Part shown: positions 42,395-53,644 of the stretch, in pieces
Layout: every line of letters begins with the position of its first letter
Numbering within the stretch: the first letter of the stretch is position 1
DNA from: Eledone cirrhosa
Lineage: Eukaryota
Assembly (NCBI GenBank): GCA_964016885.1
Contig: OZ024741.1
Coordinates: 206,336,001 to 206,400,000, forward strand
Length of the DNA: 64,000 bases
Direction: 5' to 3'
The notes under the pieces: generated by a model
The model's database searches: none
What the model was told of the DNA's origin: nothing
What the model saw: the letters and a program-made list of their open reading frames with translations, nothing else
Made by a program: the position numbers and the translations under genes

Positions 42395-42859
42395 GATGTG
42401 TGTGTGTGTGCGCGCGCGTGTGTGTGTGTGCATATATGTATGTGAGTATACATACATATATACATATGTATATATATATAGAGAGAGAATCAGAAAAGAA
42501 ACATCATAGATAATAAATATGTGTGTGTTTGTGAGAGAGAGAGAGAGAGGGGGTGAGAGGGGGGAAAGAGAGAAAGAGTATGATGAGAAATAGATGAGAA
42601 ATAGATGTCAAGCCAAATGCCATATTACAAAGGAGGGTTTTGACTTCAGTGTTCGTCACTGGAATAAAATAGAGTTCGCCTGTGGATATTAATAAACTGC
42701 GTCTAAAAAACCACGCTAATGTGCTGATAAAAATGAATATTGACATGGTAGAATGTGGACATTAAATGGACATCGATTATATCTTTCACTTTCTACAAAT
42801 CAAAGAAAGACATTACAGTATGTAATACACATAGAGGTTAATAGACTGTCAAATTTGAA

Positions 42860-44090
42860 AGAGATAAAGAGAGCTCGGAGAGACAATGAAAAACAGGAGA
42901 GACCTGGCTGTGCTATAGCTCGATCTGTCCAATGCATATGGTTCGATAACACGCAAATGGTAAAAGCTGCATCAGAGAATCACCCTATACCACATAAGGT
43001 GAAACAGCTCTTCTTAGACTACTAAAGAAAGTGCCTTTGGAGTTTTGTCCACAAGGCACCGCTCAAACACTGCCTCGCCCAATGCATAGAGCCCATCACC
43101 CTCTTCCCTTCCCCTTTTCTTTCTTCCGTGGCTCAAGAGTTCTTGTTTTTTCCCCCTTTTTCCTCTCATTTATGACATTTATAGTTTTTTCCTCTACTTT
43201 CCCATGCAGCTAGATCTTCACTTCTTTAACCCTTCCCCTCTCTTTTCATTTCTTTTTCTTTTTCATATTTCCATCATTGTATAAAATCTTTTTGTAAAAT
43301 ATACTTGACCATAATACACATTTTTATACTGAAAATTTAAGAATTGCCTCGGATCAGCTGTCAATTAATTAGCACCTTCTGGAAGGAGATAACCCCAGGT
43401 GCCTCATATCGGTGATCCTCTTTTGCTGTCTATGAACTTGATCAAATCACCTGCGAGATAGTGCAACAGAATCCTCGGTAAGTATGGTGTAACGTAGCCA
43501 CCAATCAGAGCCATCTGGGCTTCCAGAAAAATTCAAGGTTTGGGTCTACCAACATGGGATATTCTCGATAATCTTCTGGCGCCTATTGATCTATGAAGTC
43601 ATTATGGAAGACTTTGTGCGCAAACTGAGTTGCTATCTTCGTAGATTACTCAGCGTGTATCGCAGTTTTAGAAGCATAGGGTTGTATTGGAGTAGCAGCA
43701 AGCACAGTCGTCCATTCAACTCAATCATTGTTTCACGCTTATGAGAACATCAGCAGTACACCGGAACAAGGGATTGTAATGTGGCTGCGATTGGAATTGT
43801 CATGAAGACTAGAAGAAAGTGGAAAGCAGCCGAGACAGTGCAGCAGGCAGACGCACAGCTGAAGCATAGGTTCCTTCTTGGTTGTAATTGCCAGGGCAGG
43901 GTGGGACTTGGTAACTCAACGTAAAAGCGATTGGACACAGCAAGTAGGAAAGTAAGACGAAAGCTGATGCAGGGAGACTTACGAGCTTCAGTGGATCAGG
44001 AACGAGCAGCCAGATCTGTAGCAATACGTCAGCAAGTTCCTTGGATGAAGTGGCTATAGATGGTGGAGCAAAATATTACTAGGCAGGGGA
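42860..44090 (+). pseudogene. Highly degenerate HERO/R2-group LINE fragments
   Basis: DLAVL*LDLSNAYGSI near 42900-42950; TRRKWKAAETVQQADAQLKH..GRVGLG near 43810-43910. Confidence 0.55.
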
Positions 44091-44341
44091 ACCCACAAAA
44101 GATCAAGCTCTTATTTTCTTTCTCCCGCTGTTTCTCCCCTCCCCCCCTCTCTCTCTCTCTATATATATATACTCATTATGAATGGTCGAAAGGAAACCTC
44201 TCAATAGAAATGTCCCAAAAAGTCCAAATTTTCTTTTTCAAATCATGGGTGGGGGAAGGAAGGAGAGAGAGAGAAAGAAAGAGAGAGAAAGAAAAGAAGG
44301 AAATAAAAAGAAAGAAAGAGAGAGAGAGAGGGACAGAGAGT

Positions 44342-44415
<74 letters not shown>

Positions 44416-44890
44416 GATTGAAAGTGAACTACTAGTATTCAGTTTGAGTAGCTTCAGAAATCTGTTTCCTTCTTTTGTAAGATTTTCCAGTACGTTCAAA
44501 GTTTACTCCGACTTTCAATCATTTGCATATTTACAAATACACACGATCTCACACAGAAACCTACAAATACGGTTCTCTCGCAAACATATATCTACATACA
44601 GTTACGTGAAGTTACACATACTTGTACATATATATATAATAGATATTGTATAATGTTTATTCTTATACAGAAACTGCGTAATTTGGCGGCTGCAGTTTGA
44701 AAACGTTCGTATCCCTATACTCATATTTAGAGCGGGTTTGGTGTTGGGAAATATAGAATATGTCTGAGGTAGGGATTATGGTAGATGTCTTAGTTCTAAT
44801 ATAGACATTTAGTTCATGATTGGCTTTGTTTTTACGAATGTAATTTTTACGAGTTTGGAATCTGATGGTCTTAGTCACTTGATGTTTTGT

Positions 44891-45880
44891 TTATTGTTCG
44901 CTTTGTTTACTGAGTGTGTTATTTACGTATAGGGCATTCGATGATTGCTTTCGGTTTGGTCTGGATGTGTTTGCGTCTACGTAACGAGAGTACATGATGA
45001 GGTCTATGGAGCTCTCATCAAGGAGATCTTTGAGTCTCCTTTCCCACCATACCATAAAAAGGTTGGCAACGTCACCAGCTATGCTGACGCCAATGGCTGC
45101 TCCCTCATTTTGGGTGTAGATCTTCTCGTTGAACTTGAATATGTGGCCCTTTAGGGTAGTTTTGATACTAGCCCCTATTGCATGTGCGACCATTTTTCTT
45201 ACCTGATCATTGTTTTTTTTTTGGGGGGGGGGGGGGTCCGTATAGCTTTGGTCCACCCAATCCACCTTCACATGGGAGTCTTTTTTGTCATTGAGGTTAT
45301 GGTTGGGGGGTCTACCTCTTATGGGTCTACTGGGGCAGAAACGTCTAAGGTCATGGCTGTCTAGGTAGTCAGTGTCGTAGTTAAGTCTAAGTAGGAGGCC
45401 CAGTTCGTCTGTGTCGACGTCGCAGAACTCCACCTCACTCTCAATGATCAATTCCACACATTTTTCCACAGCAAAATCAATGTTAATGGATGGGTACAGT
45501 GATACCACATCTATACTGCCTATTATGCAGTTGGATAGGTTCCTGTTTTTGTTGCACTCACTGATTATGCTGAGGAGGTCCTCTGTACTGTCACATACAT
45601 CTGGGGACATCTTGATTATGGGGCGTATAACCATTGAGAGGAAGTAGAAGATCCTGTAGTTGCTAACTATATTTGCTCCGCATACAGGTCTTGTTGGTGG
45701 TCCTGTTGTCGGGTCGTCGAATGTCTTGTAGTCTTTGCGGAGCCCATACAAGTGTGGTCTGCCATTGTTGGACGCCTGTAAGTGTTGGCAGTGCGTCTGC
45801 TTGGCTTTAGGATGTCGGTCCACATCATCATGTGAGCGTTGAGGATTTTCTCTCTCCCATCATGTATTTGCTGTGCAATT
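44891..45880 (-). pseudogene. Second Penelope-like RT lineage, fragment
   Basis: LYGLRKDYK, PTRPVCGA, SIDVVSLYPSI, YTQNEGAAIG, YSRYVD motifs. Confidence 0.85.
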
Positions 45881-45899
45881 TCGCTCGTGTGTATATATT

Positions 45900-46980
45900 T
45901 ATTCAAAAATAAAGACCAGCATTAACTATAGTTTAATATACATTATGTTAACACCATAACATGCTAAGTATCCACACAGACACATACATACACACATAAC
46001 ACCTTCTACTTTAGAAAATAAAAACCAGAACTAAATAAACCTTAACATACGTTAATACTCCAACACCTTAACATGCTAACCATACCCCCCCACCAAACAC
46101 ACATAACACCCCACACACACAACTCCCTCCCTCATTTCTACTAATAGAATCACTTTCCTACACACAATCACAAAATATATATATTCTCTCCATCTTAACA
46201 TGCTAACCCCACCTCCCCCCCCCACACACACATATAACCCTCTTACACACACACAACTCCCTCCCCCATTTCTACTAATAGAATCATCTTCCTACATACA
46301 CACACACAAGCACACAAATAAACATACATATCTCTACTTCCTTTATTTCAATAGAAAGTCTGAATTCTGACACCCCAGCGAACCAGCCATATTCACTGAA
46401 CCAGAACAATTCTCCCCATCCCATTTCTCTTGACGATTATCTTTTGTTTGGCACAGAATTCTCTAAAAGGCTACAAAATAAATTCCCAAATACGGGCCCG
46501 ATATTTAATGAACTTGTTCACGTGACAGTCATAATTTCATTTATAAGCAATCAAATTACATTTATAAAATAAAGCCTTCGTGAGCCACTTTTTTTAAGTA
46601 AAAAGAAATTCAAACAAACTGGCGCGAAAGCTGATGTGCTTATTCACGTGACTGCATCAACCAACCAAACTTCACTCATATATGAAAAAACAACCTGAAC
46701 CCCCCCCCCCTTTGTTTGAAGAACTTTGTAATACGACTGGCGCGAAATTTATTATTCACCAACCAATCAAATTACTTCTCTAAAAACTTAGCATTTCGAG
46801 CCACTTTTTTCCATATAAAACAAGTAACATTGAAAGACCAACCAGATGTGAGGAATATCACAGACCCTCCATATCAACTCTACTTTTGAAAAGCAGAAGA
46901 ACTGCGAAACTGGTAAAGGAACCAAATAAATATATATATTTTTTAAAAAATAAGACTCCAGTTGCATTTTCGATTTCATC
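45900..46980 (+). repeat. PLE 3'UTR-like sequence
   Basis: Shares TGGCGCGAAA and GAGCCACTTTTTT blocks with 12830-12880. Confidence 0.5.
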
Positions 46981-47304
46981 TTTTTTTCTTTATATATATA
47001 TATATATATATAAAAACAAATAACGAAACGAAATTAAATTTCGTTTCGTTTGTAACTCACTTTTGTATGACTGACGCTTAAACAATTAAGTTAAAAATGT
47101 ACATCCACATATGTATACTGAAATACTAGTATGCATATGAATACACACACGTATACATATGTAGATGTACCAAGTCTTTCACTGGTCACTTTACTGTGAG
47201 TGTCCAGCTATTCTGTATGTAAACACACAGACAAACCGGTTTTAAGAGTCATACTGGTTTTTGAGGAAACACCTTTCCTCTATTCTCCAGAAAGCCAGAC
47301 AAGG

Positions 47305-47349
47305 AATATTGAACTAGTTTCGTTGTTGTTACAACTCATCAGCAATATT
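47305..47349 (-). ncRNA. Minimal hammerhead ribozyme motif
   Basis: Exact reverse complement of 47732-47776. Confidence 0.92.
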
Positions 47350-47731
47350 TACCTATCTTCCGGCCTTTCTGGAGAATCGTTTGTCTGTGTATTTACATAC
47401 AGAATAGCTGGACACTCACAATAAAGTGACCAGTGAAAGACTTGGTACATCTACATATGTATACGTGTGTGTATTCATATGCATACTAGTATTTCAGTAT
47501 ACATATGTGGATGTACATTTTTAACTTAATTGTTTAAGCGTCAGTCATACAAAAGTGAGTTACAAACGAAATGAAATTTAATTTCGTTTCGTTATTTGTT
47601 TTTATCGTCTCCGTTGAACCGGTACGTACTCACGCTCTATGCAAATTAGTCTGCCCACTACTAATTTTCATAGAAAAAGCATATAACGATATGTGCTTTT
47701 ACGATTCTCCAGAAAGGCAGGAAGATAGGTA

Positions 47732-47776
47732 AATATTGCTGATGAGTTGTAACAACAACGAAACTAGTTCAATATT
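47732..47776 (+). ncRNA. Minimal hammerhead ribozyme motif with palindromic stem III
   Basis: AATATTG-CTGATGA-GTTGT aaca ACAAC-GAAA-CTAG-TT-CAATATT. Confidence 0.93.
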
Positions 47777-48007
47777 CCTTGTCTGGCTTTCTGGAGAATA
47801 GAGGAAAGGTGTTTCCTCAAAAACCAGTATGACTCTAAAAACCGGTTTGTCTGTGTGTTTACATACAGAATAGCTGGACACTCACAGTAAAGTGACCAGT
47901 GAAAGACTTGGTACATCTACATATGTATACGTGTGTGTATTCATATGCATACTAGTATTTCAGTATACATATGTGGATGTACATTTTTAACTTAATTGTA
48001 TATATAT

Positions 48008-48060
<53 letters not shown>

Positions 48061-48061
<1 letters not shown>

Positions 48062-48640
48062 TAGCAAAAGAGCCCGTCGTTGCCGGGCACACCTTGATAA
48101 GATGAAGTAAATAACCGAGTTAAGTTTCAATAGCTGTGGTTACTACTCCCACATATACTCTGTCTCTCGTTCACTCTCTTTCTTTCTTTCTCGTCCTCCA
48201 CCTTCCTTTACTTTCGCCACTGTCAAGAAAGACCCACCTCATTCCTTAACATGGCCTTCTTTAAATAACCCCAGAACGCTGCTATTTTAGGAGAGAACAA
48301 GATTTAAACCATTTGTTGACATGCTCAGGCAGCTAAATAATCTATGTATTGAATTTGAACAAAATCAAATGGAAACTGTGGAAATGCATCACCTGCATAT
48401 AGACAGACAGACAGACAGACAGGGCAGAGGATTGGCAGTATCGGCAGAGTGTCAGACAACATGTTTTGTGGCATATAATTACGTCACGTTCCTTTACGTC
48501 CTGAGTTCAAATCCCGCCGAGGTTTGTTTTGCCTTTTATTGATAAAATGAAGTACCAGAAACGCACTGGAGTCGATGTAATCGACTTTCCCTTCACCCCT
48601 CAAAATCATTGGCTTTGTGCCTAAATCAGAAACATTTATT
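48061..48640. mobile_element. Helitron-like end fragment (CTAG terminus at 48061) followed by a major-family SINE (48428-48640, +)
   Basis: Minus strand CCCGGCAACGACGGG..CTAG; SINE B-box GAGTTCAAATCCCGCCGAGG. Confidence 0.6.
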
Positions 48641-50128
48641 TTTGCTTCCTTATGTTTTGCTATATGAGATAAACAGAAATAGAAAAAAAAACAACCAAAA
48701 AATCTAACAGTAGTAGACAAAACAAGCTGCTTACCAATGTGCCCGAACACGGAAGAGCCGAACTTCTACTGTCATCGCCTGCATCTCTCTCGCCCTCCCC
48801 ATCTCTCTGTATTATGAGCAAGGCTTTCTGTGCACTGAGTTTAAATCCCGTCACAGTCAACTTTGCTTTTCTCCCTTCCGCAATCGATATAATAAAGTAA
48901 TACTGAAGTCAATGTGATCAACTTTCCCATTCCCTCAAATTGTGCCAATGTTTTATATTTCTTCACATGTCATTGATGATTAATTTTTAGTAATAAACTT
49001 CCTAGACCTATTTACATTTTCTGACCTACTCAGAGTTACCTCCGAATGACGTTATTGCTTTTATTGTTTAGTCTCCTACCAATCATCAACCAGCACCCTT
49101 CGATGAAAAGCATGCCGGCTTATAGATAGATCACATAGAACCATCGACTGGGTATTGTTCCATGTTTCTGTCATCTTCTAACAGGTGTGGATGATAGATT
49201 TGATCATGTGCTGTTAATTACAGTTTGCTTTCCATTATGTAGATTTCTCATGGTTGCGCATAGTTTCTGTGCAAACATTTTCTTCTAATTATACAAACAC
49301 TTTTAAAAACGATGCCATAAAATAAAACAAATGAATTCGACGCATTGAATACCTCAAATATTACTTCTAATAAAGATAAACATGTAAGCAAATAATTTAT
49401 GAAGTGTATTATCTGAATCAAACTCAAACTATGAATATAATTGATAAACAGATTATCACAAACCTCTTGAAACAAAGTAAAACAATTAAGACTAATAATT
49501 ATTTCTACTTTTGGCATAAGACCAGCAATTATCCGAGTGCATTGCTGGTGCTTTATTTTATCGACTCCATACAGCTGAAAGGCAAAGTTACGCCCAGTGA
49601 ACGTTTAATAGTAAACCAACAAGTGTTCTCCACTAATAACCATTGATGTGACCATCAATTATTAATGTGAATTATAAATTTTATTAAAACATTGGCAAAC
49701 TCATTATACATAGGCCATATAGCTACGATGTTTTCTCGATGAATTCCTAAGCGGCATTCATAGTAAAATTCAATTGGAAAAATTAGCAAACGCACATACA
49801 CACACACCCAGAAACAATTGTCTGGTTGTGGGTTCGATTCCTGGACCGAGCGATGCGTTATGTCCTTGAGCAAGACAATTTATTTCAAGTTGCTCCTTCT
49901 ACCTGGAGTTGCGACTGATAGAGAGTATTAGCAGTTGGAAAGACCAACGGAAACATTGTTACCTTGGTCCGATTTGACGAAAGTCGATCGACTATCGATA
50001 TATATATATATGACGAAAGGACTTCGTGTGTTTCTTCGGAAACCATGTTTATTCCCTTTCAGAAACTAATTAGTTGGAGTGAAATTTTAGTAAGTAAGTT
50101 AATTTATATAATTTTCTTATTTTACGTC

Positions 50129-50181
<53 letters not shown>

Positions 50182-50254
50182 ATCGACATTGTCGATATAT
50201 ATATACATATATATATAGATATATATGCCGATATATATATATATATATATATAT

Positions 50255-50842
50255 AAGTATGTATACGTACATATATATATGTGTGCATGTATGTATATAC
50301 ATACTACTGTACGTCTGTATACATATATATATGTACGTATACATACTTATATTTAGGTATCAGCCGTACTTAGAATGAGAAATGAAATTTCGTTTCATTC
50401 TTTTCCATTTATCGTTTTCGGTACGCCCAGCCGACTAACTCACTCGATATGCAAATTAGGCTGCTCAGCCGTTAATATGCATAAGGAAAGTATATACTTT
50501 CAAACGTTCAATCACCTGACAGAAAGGTATACAACGCTGACGATAGCTAATAAACTTGAAACTAGTACATCGTTCCTGTGTCAGTGTTGAACAAAAGGGC
50601 GACGATGGTTGCCGAGCACTGTACGGCTTAATTCGGGCTCTTTGTTTACAAACAAACCGAACATTATAATAAATGTTCGGTAAACCCTTGCGTACATATA
50701 TATATATGTGTGTGCATGTATGTATATATATACATACTATGTACGTCTGTACACATATATGTATGTACGTATACATACTTATATTTAGGTATCAGCCATA
50801 CTAAGAGTGAGAAATGAAATTTCGTTTCATTCTTTTCCATAT
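50255..50842 (+). mobile_element. Diverged relative of the 47 kb retrozyme-like family (period about 430) with HHR at 50533-50574
   Basis: Direct repeat about 50265-50408 / 50692-50840; CTGACGA (50537)..GAAA CTAG TA; shared ACTCAC..TATGCAAATTAG.CTGC block. Confidence 0.75.
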
Positions 50843-51019
50843 ATATATATGACGATATATCTGTTTGACAGGCAGTGACTAAGAACAGAATGTTTAAATC
50901 TGTGTGTCTGACATGACATATGATGTGTGACATACATGTGTAGCTTGTGAATAAAAATTTCAAGGGGTATCGCTAGCCGTGGTGATGCCTTCCAAATATC
51001 TTTTGTAATGTATCGTCTT

Positions 51020-51183
51020 ATTGGCTAACTTCCTCGTTTTATTGGCTAATCAACCAACGAGTGTAAGTGTTGCTCAAAAGCATCCGTCACTTTGTTTCCA
51101 CGTTTATTTATCGTTTCGCTTTCGAATCTTCCTCCAGTATTTCGTCGTTTTATCATCAAAATATTTTTCTCGTTTTGGTAAGT
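51020..51183 (+). promoter_or_regulatory. Possible promoter, non-coding first exon and splice donor
   Basis: Two ATTGGCTAA (CCAAT-box) motifs, TCACTT initiator-like site, local CpG enrichment, TTG|GTAAGT at 51178 followed by very AT-rich sequence. Confidence 0.3.
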
Positions 51184-51349
51184 TATATTGTTAATTTATA
51201 TATGATTTTTTAACTATTATTTTTTAACTATTAAAAATCTGGAGATATTTTTATACATCTTACAATAATATTTATAAGATCATTTATAAAATAACAATTA
51301 TATAATCTAATTACATTATAACGATAATTTATTATTAATATATATCAAA

Positions 51350-51540
51350 GGGCGGTGGATTGGCAGTATCGGTAGAGGGTCGGACGCCATGCTTTCCAGC
51401 ATAGTTACGTCCCTTTACGATCTGAGTTCAAATCCCGCCGAGGTTGACTTTGCCTTTTATCCTTACGGGGTCGATAAAATAAATACCACTAATGCACTGA
51501 GTAATTTCTGGCCTTGTGCCTAAAGTAGAAACAATTATTA
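51350..51540 (+). mobile_element. Full-length major-family SINE
   Basis: GGCGGTGGATTGGCAGTATCGG head, B-box, core, (ATT)n tail. Confidence 0.9.
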
Positions 51541-51596
51541 ATATATATCATGTTTAACTAGAGTTATTACAAGCGTTGCCTTAAAAAAATATTAAA

Positions 51597-52043
51597 CTAG
51601 ACCTGAAAAATGCGCAAGCTCAAAAGAGGCACAGAATGTTATAATAAACCTTCAAAAGAGTGGGACTAGAATTGTTGCTCAAAAATGTTGTAATCATTAT
51701 CTATCGTACACTCTGTGGCATCCTTTTATGAAAAAGAGACTCATAACGAACTCAAGACGGCACGATAATTATTTAAGTGAATTTATAATATAGAATTCGG
51801 TTTAAGTACATTTCGTATTAATCATTACTAAACATCTAATATGAGATATTGAACATTAGCTTAAATAATTATCGTGTCGTCTTGAGTCCGTTATGAGTCT
51901 CTTTCTTTTTATAAAAGGATGCCATAGAGTGTACGAGAGATAATGATTACAATATTTTTGAGCAACAACTCTAGTCCCACACTTTTGAAGGTTTATTATA
52001 ACATTCTGTGGCTCTTTTGATCTTGCGCATTTTTCAGGTCTAG
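51597..52043. repeat. About 180-bp inverted repeat with 80-bp spacer (MITE-like)
   Basis: 51597-51777 versus 51860-52043; CTAG ends. Confidence 0.8.
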
Positions 52044-52245
52044 TATGTATATAAATATAAATTCATCGAGAATCGGATTTCGGCGTGAAGAAAAAGTGAA
52101 ACATAACGCAGATTCCGAGTCATGCTGGCAAGCCCTCCATAGTCTAAAAGACTAGAGCAATAAACATATGTTATAAAGGCCATACAAACTGAGAAGGCGG
52201 TCAAGAAGCTATAGACCACCTAAGCCAAAAAACAAGTCAAGCTAA

Positions 52246-52355
52246 CTACAGGACTAGAACTGTTTCATTCGTATGAAGTCATCAGGAATGTATATATATA
52301 TATATATACACATTCCTGAGGACTTCATACGAATGAAACAGTTCTAGTCCTGTAG
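52246..52355. ncRNA. Divergent pair of HHR cores around (TA)n
   Basis: CATTC-CTGA(T/G)GA-cTTC atac GAAt-GAAA-CAG ttctagtc CTG-TA-G on both strands; stem I partner missing. Confidence 0.75.
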
Positions 52356-52833
52356 CCAATCCCATGGACAGCTCCCTTTAATATTACTAACAGTGATACT
52401 ATTACTACTCCACCTCCCCCATCACCCCCTTCTGTTTCGCCCACCGCCTCTCCGTCTTCCCTAGTCAAAGCCAACAGTTTAAACTGCTTCCACCACTTTT
52501 GGTAAGGCTCAGGTCAACACTAAGAGAGGAAGAAAGAAAACTACAGACAAAAATGTGAATTTTTCTCCCTAAATATGTATGTAAAAACTAAATTTTCCCC
52601 CATATTCTTATTATTCTTATTAATATGCAACTTAATTGCATTATACACTTCCGTCGTTGAAAAAGCTTTTAAGCTGAAACCGGTACAATTAAATGCGGAA
52701 ATCCGTATTTTGTAAATAAATGTTTTGATGTTATTCCGAGAGAAACTCCCTTTAGCATTCTCTACTGTCTTTTTCCTTCTTTTCTACACACACACACACA
52801 CGCACATACGCGCACACACACACACACGCACAT

Positions 52834-52932
<99 letters not shown>

Positions 52933-52949
52933 GTAAAGAATCATCTGTA

Positions 52950-53529
52950 CTCTAGCAACATGCTAAAATAGAACACAAGGGTAAATTAGAGAACATAAAA
53001 ATAAAAATAGAATCTACAACACAGAAAAGACGCAATGTTTAGACAAATCACAGAGGCAATAAACATAAAAGAATTACAACCAAAATTAAATAGAAAATAT
53101 GAGTGGAACAGCAACATCACAACTTACAATTAAGGACAAAATGAAAACACACACACACATAGAACAAACAACCAACCAGTAACATGTAAATAAACAAATA
53201 TATAAATGAACATAAACACACACAGACACCCGGATGTGGCGCATGCGCAGACTGAGCACACAACACACACACAGAAACAAAATGGCGTAGGACAGAACAA
53301 AGGAGAGGCACAGAAACAAAGAAAGGAATCCCCAGTCACTGAAGAGGTCACAGAGTGTGTGACGAAAGAACTATGACAATATATAAACAACTATCTGGTT
53401 GTGGAACCAACCAACCAACCAGAAATTTATAAATTTATAAATTTATTATAAATTTATTATAATAATAAATTGAAGTGAAAGCAACTGGTGCGTGTGTTTC
53501 TTATTGGCAATATGACCCTCCCAAAGTAT

Positions 53530-53535
<6 letters not shown>
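52950..53535 (+). mobile_element. HHR-bearing repeat (HHR 53335-53377)
   Basis: GTCA-CTGAAGA-g-GTCACA gagtg TGTGAC-GAAA-GaaC-TA-TGAC; ends AATATGACCCTCCCAAAGTATA + (TA)n. Confidence 0.8.
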
Positions 53536-53577
<42 letters not shown>

Positions 53578-53644
53578 CTATGTATAAATTCATACATAAT
53601 ATATTTGATGATTATGTTTTTCAATATATATATGTATGTATATA

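Larger units (their letters stand above)
47011..47999. mobile_element. Retrozyme-like HHR element: inverted copy plus about 1.3 tandem units (period about 466)
   Basis: 47011-47380 inverted; TTTGTCTGTGT at 47380 and 47846; (TA)n flanks. Confidence 0.9.
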
